NCBI GenBank assembly: GCA_040901675.1
Contig: JBBDYJ010000034.1
Location: forward strand, 48,094 to 99,476
DNA length: 51,383 bases
Direction of reading: 5' to 3'
DNA from: Pirellulales bacterium
GTDB lineage: Bacteria > Planctomycetota > Planctomycetia > Pirellulales > JAICIG01
Under the pieces are notes generated by a model. The model was given only the letters and a program-made list of their open reading frames with translations, was not told the DNA's origin and made no database searches. Positions 1 through 7,721 of this stretch are shown here, in pieces. Numbering within the stretch: position 1 is the stretch's first letter; each line of letters starts with the position of its first letter. A program made the translations under genes and the position numbers.

Positions 1-124
1 GGTGGCTGGGGCAAAGCGCTAGCGTGCCCCAGTGCGGCGCATTCGCCACCGCTTCCATACCACGCGACGGGTGGCTGGGGCAAAGCGCTAGCGTGCCCCA
101 GTGCGGCGCATTCGCCACCGCTTC
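1..124. repeat. Two direct copies (1-55, 70-124) of a 55-bp REP-like unit with internal hairpin CTGGGGCA-N11-TGCCCCAG
   Basis: Identical 55-bp copies with 69-bp period; intergenic, downstream of the sulfatase gene. Confidence 0.8.
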
Positions 125-207
125 ATACTCATCCGACGCGCCCGCGAGGAGTTAAGCCGCACTATTCGATCGAAGGTTGCACGGAACCGTACTTCACACG
201 CCGCGGC

Positions 208-2502
208 TCACTCCTTCACCCTCCCGAACCGCTTGTCGGCGAAATCCAAGAACACCCGCCAATCCTCCTGGGTCATCGAGTGCTGGCCGGGGCGGATGTA
301 ATAGCCCAGGTTGCTGTCGATCAGCCGGCCGGGATCGGGCATCTCGCGGACGGCGAGGCCTTCGGCCCCCAGCAAGCGGTAAACCGGCTCGGCCGCCAGG
401 AGCACCTCGAACTGGCCGCCGGGGTTGGCCCAGGTGTCCTCGATGGCGTTGCTGAACAACACGGGCCGCGGCGCCACCATGGCCGCCAGCGAGTGCTGGT
501 CGAAGGGGAGCCGGTCGACCTGGTCGTTGAACTCGGTGAACTCGTCGTTGAACCAGTGTGGGAACCGGTCGTTGATCTGGCGGACCGTCTCTCCCACCGT
601 GCCCCGGCTGGGGGCCGTGCCGCCGCAGCCGGCCTGGTGCGGGATGGCCAGGGCAATCCGCTCGTCCATGGCGGCCGCCAGCAGGGCGGTCTTGCCCAGC
701 CGCGAATGACCCACCACGGCGATCCGCCGGCGGTCGATATCCGGGTCGGTTGCCAGGTAGTCGACTGCCCGCTGAATGCCCCAAGCCCAGGCGGCGATCG
801 TGCCCCATTCATGCCGGCCCGGCGCGGTTTGTCCCGGCTGGTAGTAGTGCGGGTGAACGCCGTCGCTGAAGTCGGGCCGGTCCGGATCGATGTCGCCGGC
901 ATAGGCCGTGGCCACCGCGTAGCCGCGGTCGATCGACTGCTCGATGCTCCACACGTCGACCTGCGTACCTCGGCCGGCTTCCGTAGCCCGGTTGTCGACC
1001 GAGCCGGGGCAGCGGTCGCCCAGCCAGCCCTTGGGCAAGGCCACGCTGGGGTCGGCCACCAGCGTATGGTTGCCGCAGAAATTCAGACCCACGAAGACCG
1101 GCGCCGGCCCCGGCCGCTTGTTCGGCACGACCAGCAGCAACGACAGCGCCGGCGCATCGGGAGGACCGAGGCGGATCACCACCTCTTTCTTGGTGGCCGG
1201 CAGCCTGGCCGGTTCCTTGAATGCGTCGCCAAGCTGCCGTTGCCAATCGCGCAGCCAGGCGGTCATCTGCTCCATGCGGGCGGCCTGGTCGGGATCGGCG
1301 GACAGGTCGTGTATCTCGTCCGGATCCGTCGCCAGATCGAACAGTTGCGTCCGGCCGGCCTGCGGATAGCGGATCAGCTTCCAGCGGTCGTCGCGCACAG
1401 CGCGCTGCACGTCGCGATAGGCCAAAAACAGCGTGTCGCGCGTGGCCGCCGGCTCTCCCCGGAGCAGGCCGGCGAAGCTCTTGCCATCCAGGTCCGGCGG
1501 AACTTTTGCCCCGGCCAGCTCGCTGACGGTCGGATAGATGTCCATCAGGTAGACCAGGGCAGCGGACCTGCCCGGAGCGATGCCGGGGCCGCTCACGATC
1601 AGCGGTGCCTTCATGCTGTGCTCATAGAGGTTCTGCTTGCCCATCAAGCCATGGCTGCCGATCGCCAGGCCGTGGTCCGAGGAGAAGATGATGATCGTGT
1701 TCTCGTACTCGTTGCGGCGTTTCAATTCGTCCAGCAGCCGACCGACGTGGTGGTCCAGGCCGCTGATCACGGCATAGTACTCGTGCAGGTGCCGGCGGAT
1801 TTCGTCCTCGGTCCGCGGCCAGGGGGCGAGCTGCTCATCGCGGACCTTCAGCTCTCCGTTGTCGAACGGATGGATTGGCAGGAAGTTTTTGGGCAGCGGG
1901 ATCTCGTCGCGGCGGTAGAGGTCGAGGAACCTTGGCGCGGCGATGCGTGCATCGTGCGGATTGGCGAAAGCCAGGTACATGAAAAAAGGGCGGTCGGCGC
2001 TGCGCTGATTGAGGAAGGCGATCGCCTCGTCGACGATCTCTTTTCCCGGCTCGCCCGAGGCGCGGGCTTGTTCGTCGTCGACGTACTTGTCGTGATCGAA
2101 CCGCTTCTGGATCTCGATGGCCGTATTGCCGCGTTTGCCATGGTGATACGTTTCGTAGCCTGCCTCGCGCATCGAGAGGGGGAAATTCGGCTCGCTGCCT
2201 GGGGCCAGGTTCCCTTTCCAGCGGAAGTAGGCCCGGCCGGACAGCAGCATGTTGCGGCTGGGCGTGCAGACCGCGCTGATGTTGGCTCCCAGGCAGTAGG
2301 CATTGGTCATGACCATGCCCGATCGGGCCAGCGCATCGAGATTGGGGGTCTTGATCGCCGGGTTGCCCAGCGCGGCGACGGTGTCGGCCCGCTGGTCATC
2401 GGTGAACACGAACAGCACGTTGGTCCGCCGCTCGTCGGCCGTCGCCCGGCCGGCCATCGCCAGTCCGAGCAGGACCGCCGGCAGCAGTACGTGGATCTTC
2501 AT
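208..2502 (-). CDS. Secreted sulfatase (formylglycine type) fused to a C-terminal CE15/glucuronoyl-esterase-like alpha/beta hydrolase
   Basis: Signal peptide; NVLFVFTDDQ, CTPSRNMLLSG (CxPxR), SDHG, GKQNLYE; C-terminal WAWG, GHSRLGK and PFDQH motifs. Confidence 0.85.
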   Translation of the reverse strand: MKIHVLLPAVLLGLAMAGRATADERRTNVLFVFTDDQRADTVAALGNPAIKTPNLDALARSGMVMTNAYCLGANISAVCTPSRNMLLSGRAYFRWKGNLAPGSEPNFPLSMREAGYETYHHGKRGNTAIEIQKRFDHDKYVDDEQARASGEPGKEIVDEAIAFLNQRSADRPFFMYLAFANPHDARIAAPRFLDLYRRDEIPLPKNFLPIHPFDNGELKVRDEQLAPWPRTEDEIRRHLHEYYAVISGLDHHVGRLLDELKRRNEYENTIIIFSSDHGLAIGSHGLMGKQNLYEHSMKAPLIVSGPGIAPGRSAALVYLMDIYPTVSELAGAKVPPDLDGKSFAGLLRGEPAATRDTLFLAYRDVQRAVRDDRWKLIRYPQAGRTQLFDLATDPDEIHDLSADPDQAARMEQMTAWLRDWQRQLGDAFKEPARLPATKKEVVIRLGPPDAPALSLLLVVPNKRPGPAPVFVGLNFCGNHTLVADPSVALPKGWLGDRCPGSVDNRATEAGRGTQVDVWSIEQSIDRGYAVATAYAGDIDPDRPDFSDGVHPHYYQPGQTAPGRHEWGTIAAWAWGIQRAVDYLATDPDIDRRRIAVVGHSRLGKTALLAAAMDERIALAIPHQAGCGGTAPSRGTVGETVRQINDRFPHWFNDEFTEFNDQVDRLPFDQHSLAAMVAPRPVLFSNAIEDTWANPGGQFEVLLAAEPVYRLLGAEGLAVREMPDPGRLIDSNLGYYIRPGQHSMTQEDWRVFLDFADKRFGRVKE

Positions 2503-2568
2503 CGCTGAACCGCCTTTGTCGAAGCTTTTTAACCCTGGCCCCGCAAGAAATAGAAATAGCAGTGCCGC

Positions 2569-3882
2569 TCACGTGGAGGAGTCCAGCGCGGCGAGGATCT
2601 GGGCGGGGGTGAGGCGACCGTGAGAACGCCGGGGCCGGAACGTCCAGCGGACGGTCCCGCCGCCGTCTACCACAATGGTCGTCGGCGCGGTGGTGTCGCC
2701 GCGGTCCGGCGCGGACTGGCGATGGATAACGTCCAGCGCCCCGGCCAGCTTGCGATCCGCGTCCGCCACGACAACCAGGTGGGGGAAGGCAGCCTGCGTG
2801 GCCTTGGCCGTTTCCTGGTCTTCCAACGAGGCGACCACCACGCGCGCCTTCCGCTTTTCGAACTCCCGGTGTTCGGCTTCGAGCTGGCCCAGCTCGTTCA
2901 TGCAGAACCCTCACCAGCGACCGCGAAAAAAGACCAGAACGGTCGGAGTCCCTTGTTGGAGGTCGTTTTGCGTAAACGGACGACCATCGGCCAGGGTGCT
3001 GCGGAAAGCGGGGATCTTCTCTCCGGCTCGCGCGGGTCCGTCGTAAGCGGGCAGCCCGGCCAGCGATACCATGAAGGAGGAGTCCAGCGCGACGAGTACC
3101 TGGGCGGGGCTGGGACGACCGAAAATATGCTGGGGCCGGAATGTCCACCAGACGGTCCCGCCGCCGTCTACCACAATGGTCGTCGGCGCGGCGGTGTCGC
3201 CGCCGTTCGGGGCCGACTGGCGATGGATCACGTCCAGCGCCTCGGCCAGATTGCGATCCGTGTCGGCCACGACGACCAGGTGGGGGAACGCGGCCTGCGT
3301 GACCTTGGCCGTTTCGTGCCCTTCCAACGAGGCGACCACCACGCGCGCCTTCCTCTTTTCGAACTCCCGGTACTCCGCTTCGAGCTGGCCCAGCTCGGTC
3401 ATGCAGACCCCTGACCAGCGACCGCGGAAGAAGACCAGGACGCTGGGCGTCCCTTGCTGCAGATCCTTCTCCGTAAAGGGACGACCATCGGCCAGGGTAC
3501 TGCGGAAAGCGGGAATCTTCTCTCCGCCTCGCGCGGGCCCATCGTAGTTGGGCAATCGCCCATCGTCGTTGGGCAGCCGCCCATCGTAGCTGGGCGGCCT
3601 GGCCAGCGATACCAGGAAGTACCACTGGAAGGCGGCCAGGGCGGCGGGCAGCGCCAGGACAACGACTCGGACCACGCTGGCCCGCTGAATCACCGACCAC
3701 AGCAGCAGCAGGACTCCCAGTGTCGCCAGCGCCGCCACATACCAGGGCACGATCAACTGGCTCAGGCTGTACTGCGCTACACACAGGGCGATGCCGAACA
3801 GGCAGACGCCGATTCCCGCCCAAAAGTAGCCGCGGCCCTTGGAGCGCTGTCTCACGGGGACGGTTGTGGCAACGGTAGACAT
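2569..3882 (-). CDS. Membrane-anchored tandem Prx-like (AhpC/TSA) selenoprotein, copy C: domain 1 SxxC, domain 2 UxxC (Sec TGA at 2911-2913), 437 aa
   Basis: ATG 3882 (MSTVATT); three hydrophobic segments; RGRW-S-GVC then RGRW-TGA-GFC; frame continues into ORF 2569-2901; hairpin at 2880-2896. Confidence 0.8.
2880..2896 (-). promoter_or_regulatory. SECIS-like hairpin, copy C domain 2
   Basis: CGAGCUG-GGC-CAGCUCG, 14 nt 3' of UGA. Confidence 0.65.
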
Positions 3883-3923
3883 GCGTGGATCGTACCTGCA
3901 AGAAATAGAAATAGCAGTGCCGC

Positions 3924-5273
3924 TCACGTGGAGGAGTCCAGCGCGGCGAGGACCTGGGCGGGGGTGAGGCGATCGAGAAAAACGTGAAAACGCTGGGGCC
4001 GGAATGTCCACCGGACGGTCCCGCCGCCGTCTACCACAATGGTCGTCGGCGCGGCGGTGTCGCCGCGGTCCGGGGCCGACTGGCGATGGATAACGTCCAG
4101 CGCCCCGGCCAGCTTGCGATCCGTGTCGGCCACGACGACCAGGTGGGGGAAGGCAGCCTGCGTGGCCTTGGCCGTTTCCTGGTCTTCCAACGAGGCGACC
4201 ACCACGCGCGCCTTCCGCTTTTCGAACTCCCGGTGTTCGGCTTCGAGCTGGCCCAGCTCGTTCATGCAGAACCCTCACCAGCGACCGCGAAAAAAGACCA
4301 GAACGGTCGGAGTGCCTTCTTGGAGGTCGTTCTGCGTAAATGGACGACCATCGGCCAGGGTGCTGCGGAAAGCGGGAATCTTCACTCCGGCTCGCGCGGG
4401 TCCGTCGTAAGCGGGCAGCCCGGCCTGCAATACCAGGGAGTACCACTCGCGGTCGGCCCGGGCCGTGGAGAAGTCCAGCGCGACGAGTACCTGGGCGGAG
4501 GTGAGGCGACCGAAAAAATGCTCGGGCCGGAATGTCCACCAGACGGTCCCGGCGCCGTCTACCACAATGGTCGTCGGCGCGGCGGTGTCGCCGCCGTTCG
4601 GGGCCGACTGGCGATGGATCACGTCCAGCGCCTCGGCCAGATTGCGATCCGTGTCGGCCACGACGACCAGGTGGGGGAACGCGGCCTGCGTGACCTTGGC
4701 CGTTTCGTGCCCTTCCAACGAGGCGACCACCACGCGCGCCTTCCTCTTTTCGAACTCCCGGTACTCCGCTTCGAGCTGGCCCAGCTCGGTCATGCAGACC
4801 CCTGACCAGCGACCGCGGAAGAAGACCAGGACGCTGGGCGTCCCTTGCTGCAGATCCTTCTCCGTAAAGGGACGACCATCGGCCAGGGTACTGCGGAAAG
4901 CGGGAATCTTCTCTCCGCCTCGCGCGGGCCCATCGTAGTTGGGCAATCGCCCATCGTCGTTGGGCAGCCGCCCATCGTAGCTGGGCGGCCTGGCCAGCGA
5001 TACCAGGAAGTACCACTGGAAGGCGGCCAGGGCGGCGGGCAGCGCCAGGACAACGACTCGGACCACGCTGGCCCGCTGAATCACCGACCACAGCAGCAGC
5101 AGGACTCCCAGTGTCGCCAGCGCCGCCACATACCAGGGCACGATCAACTGGCTCAGGCTGTACTGCGCTACACACAGGGCGATGCCGAACAGACAGACGC
5201 CGATTCCCGCCCAGAAGTAGCCGCGCCCCTTGGAGAGCTGTCTCACGGGGACGGTTGTGGCAACGGTAGACAT
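3924..5273 (-). CDS. Membrane-anchored tandem Prx-like selenoprotein, copy B: domain 1 SxxC, domain 2 UxxC (Sec TGA at 4275-4277), 449 aa
   Basis: ORFs 4275-5318 and 3924-4265 are in one frame, separated by a single TGA at the RGxWCxxC motif; hairpin at 4244-4260. Confidence 0.8.
4244..4260 (-). promoter_or_regulatory. SECIS-like hairpin, copy B domain 2
   Basis: CGAGCUG-GGC-CAGCUCG, 14 nt 3' of UGA. Confidence 0.65.
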
Positions 5274-5313
5274 GCGTGGATCGTACGGCGCCCTCGCGCG
5301 GTTTAGTGTGTCC

Positions 5314-5373
5314 GGCACACGGATTGTGCCTGCTACTTTAACTCCGCTACGGCACAGGGAGTGTGCCTGCTAC
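5314..5373 (-). repeat. Pair of GTAG-type REP-like elements (GTAGCAGGCACA..TGTGCC)
   Basis: Copies at 5314-5336 and 5351-5373; GTAG tetranucleotide followed by a hairpin. Confidence 0.7.
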
Positions 5374-5376
5374 TTT

Positions 5377-5505
5377 CGCGTGATTGGCCCCCACCGTAGC
5401 ATGGCCAGGCCTGCCAGTCCAACGGTACAGCGCCCGAACCACCTGGAGACGGTGGAGCCTGCCAATCTGAAAGTCTCGAAACTACGGCAAAAATGGCAAG
5501 AATTT
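5377..5505. repeat. Diverged duplicate of the upstream (promoter) region 7146-7275
   Basis: Shared blocks cgcgtgattg, cgtagcatggccag, ctgccaatctgaaagtctcgaaa, aaaaatggcaag. Confidence 0.8.
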
Positions 5506-5658
5506 CCCCCGAGGAGATTTCGGCGACGCGGGCCAGCACGTCGGGCAAGCTGACGGCCGGCGACACTTTTTCGCAGGGCAGCTACGTCCGCTGGACGACG
5601 CACCAGTATACCGAGTGCTGCAAGCTGGCCCCGCAAGAAAAAGAAATAGCAGTGCCGC

Positions 5659-6447
5659 TCACGTGGAGGAGTCCAGCGCGGCGAGTACCTGGGCGGGGGT
5701 GAGACGACGGAAAAAATGCTGGGGCCGGAATGTCCAGCGGACGGTCCCGCCGCCGTCTACCACAATGGTCGTCGGCGCGGCGGTGTGGCCGCCGTTCGGG
5801 GCCGACTGGCGATGGATCACGTCCAGCGCCTCGGCCAGATTGCGATCCGTGTCGGCCACGACGACCAGGTGGGGGAACGCGGCCTGCGTGACCTTGGCCG
5901 TTTCGTGCCCTTCCAACGAGGCGACCACCACGCGCGCCTTCCTCTTTTCGAACTCCCGGTACTCCGCTTCGAGCTGGCCCAGCTCGGTCATGCAGACCCC
6001 TCACCAGCGACCGCGGAAGAAGACCAGGACGCTGGGCGTCCCTTGCTGCAGGTCCTTCTCCGTAAAGGGACGACCATCGGCCAGAGTACTGCGGAAAGCG
6101 GGAATCTTCTCTCCGGCTCGCGCGGGCCCATCGTAGTTGGGCAGCCGCCCATCGTAGCTGGAGGGCCTGGCAGATACCAGGATGTACCACTGGAAGGCGG
6201 CCAGGGCGGCGATCAGTGCCAGGGCAACCACTCGGACCACGCTGGGCCGCTGAATCACGGACCACAGCAACAGCAGGACTCCCAGTGTCGTCAGTTCAGC
6301 CGCATACAAGGGCACGATCAACCGGCTCGGACTGGATTCGACCACGCACAGGGCCAGGCCGATCAGGCAAACGCCGATTCCCGCCCAAAAGGTTGCGCGG
6401 CCCCGGGATCGCTCTTTCACAGTCGAGGTTGTGGCAACGGTAGACAT
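5659..6447 (-). CDS. Membrane-anchored single-domain Prx-like selenoprotein, copy A (UxxC; Sec TGA at 6001-6003), 262 aa
   Basis: ORFs 6001-6531 and 5659-5991 are in frame: VFFRGRW-TGA-GVC-MTEL; hairpin at 5970-5986. Confidence 0.85.
5970..5986 (-). promoter_or_regulatory. SECIS-like hairpin, copy A
   Basis: CGAGCUG-GGC-CAGCUCG, 14 nt 3' of UGA; possible lower stem UCUGC/GCGGA. Confidence 0.65.
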
Positions 6448-6487
6448 GCGTGGATCGTACGGCGCCCCGGCGCAGTTTAGTGTGTCC

Positions 6488-6547
6488 GGCACACGGATTG
6501 TGCCTGCTACTTGAACTCCGCTACGGCACACGGAGTGTGCCTGCTAC
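6488..6547 (-). repeat. Second pair of the same GTAG-type REP-like elements
   Basis: Copies at 6488-6510 and 6525-6547. Confidence 0.7.
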
Positions 6548-7101
6548 TTTACTTCCTCCTTTTTCTTATCCACGCCCAGCTCCTTCAAGCGCTCGGCGAC
6601 GTCCTTGCCGTGCGAGCCGGCCTTCACCTCCTTGTCGATGTGCAGGATCTTGCCATCCTTGCCAATGTAGAATGTCCAGCGGAAAGGCAAAGGCTGCTCG
6701 TCGGTCACGACGCCGTAGGCCCTGGCGACCAGCTTTTTGGGATCGCTGAGAATCGGGTAATCGAGATCGAGCGACTCGGCGAACCGCTTGTTGTCCTCGG
6801 GTGTGTCGCAACTGGCGGTGAAATAGGCCACGTCGAACGCGCGGATGGCATCGCCGCTCGCACGGAGCGACTCGCACTCGGCCATTCAGCCACGAGTGAA
6901 GGCCTTAGGGAACCAGGCCAGCACCACCACCTGCTCGTCGCGAAAGTCCTTGAGCTTGTACGTCTTGCCATCGCTTCCCGGCAACTCAAAGGCGGGCGCC
7001 ATGTCTTGCTCCTTCAGTTCCTCCTTTTCCTCGGCCGCCGCCGGGCAGGCCGCGGCCAGTGCCAGCGCAAAAACCGGCCAAATCGCCATGAATCGATGCA
7101 C
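6544..7101 (-). CDS. Exported BCP/PrxQ-type peroxiredoxin selenoprotein (Sec TGA at 6886-6888), 185 aa
   Basis: GTG start after AGGAG; signal peptide; [27 protein letters not shown] (PxxxTxxC motif with TGA at peroxidatic Cys), [16 protein letters not shown]. Confidence 0.88.
6845..6885 (-). promoter_or_regulatory. SECIS-like hairpin of the BCP-type peroxiredoxin
   Basis: GUCGCUC-CGUGC-GAGCGGC (6853-6871), 14 nt 3' of UGA; basal AUGGC/GCCAU pairing. Confidence 0.65.
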
Positions 7102-7379
7102 GTCAGAGTCTCCTGCGATGGGATTGACCGGGCGGGAATGTTGTTCGCGTGATTGACCCCCAGCGTAGCATGGCCAGACCTGCCAGTCCAACGCTCCGGC
7201 GCCCGAACCCTGGAGACGGTGGAACCTGCCAATCTGAAAGTCTCGAAATTACCGCAAAAATGGCAAGGATCTCCCGCAAGAAAGGCAAAATGCCGCCACG
7301 GCGGGCTAAAATGAAGCGAGCGGTGTTCGATTGATTAGGGCCGCGTAACACCCTTTACGGCAACAGTGCGCAAGCAGGC

Positions 7380-7721
7380 ATGGATCGACTACCGCGACCG
7401 GCCGGGACGACGGATCAGCTCCGCATTGCTGGAAGCGCGGGCCGAGGGCGGCCGGTGGCGTTCACCGTTGATGGGCAGAACGTCCAGGCTTTTGATGGAG
7501 AGACGATAGCCGCGGCACTGCTGGCCGCCGGGGTCCGCGCGCTGCGGACCACCGCCCGCCGCCGCGAACCGAGGGGCGTTTTTTGTAATATGGGCGCGTG
7601 TTTCGACTGCCTGGTCCGGGTCGACGGCCGCTGGAATGTCCAGGCCTGCCTGACCCCGGTGCGGGAAGGCATGCGGGTCGAAACGCAGCAGATCGAGGGC
7701 GATTGGATAGAGCCGACGTGA
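7380..7721 (+). CDS. hcnA: HcnA-like 2Fe-2S subunit
   Basis: GETIAAALLAAG; FCNMGACFDCLV...QAC cysteine pattern; GTGA overlap with next gene. Confidence 0.7.
   Translation: MDRLPRPAGTTDQLRIAGSAGRGRPVAFTVDGQNVQAFDGETIAAALLAAGVRALRTTARRREPRGVFCNMGACFDCLVRVDGRWNVQACLTPVREGMRVETQQIEGDWIEPT

Noticed and set aside
1..124. CRISPR array (also considered for 5314-5373, 6488-6547, 50944-50998)
   Set aside because: Only two units each, spacers of 14-17 bp, no cas genes
280..2508. Long antisense ORFs (also 15099-17072, 34804-36750, 41754-43148, 44801-46966)
   Set aside because: Shadows of real genes in high-GC DNA; no motifs
2911..5175. 754-aa ORF (and the 501-aa ORF 2396-3901)
   Set aside because: Off-frame read through copy B running into copy C; the true starts are the repeated MSTVATT ATGs
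2569..5273. Diversity-generating retroelement template/variable repeats
   Set aside because: No reverse transcriptase; repeats are whole-domain duplications and differences are not adenine-specific
5493..5702. Possible small gene or fragment between copies A and B
   Set aside because: Both ends lie in duplicated non-coding blocks; the ~120-bp unique core is too short to assign
2569..7101. Genome-wide UGA reassignment (code 4/25) or nonsense pseudogenes as the explanation of the in-frame TGAs
   Set aside because: rpsR, fumC, dxr and others end normally at TGA; the internal TGAs fall only on catalytic Cys positions in two different families and downstream frames are intact
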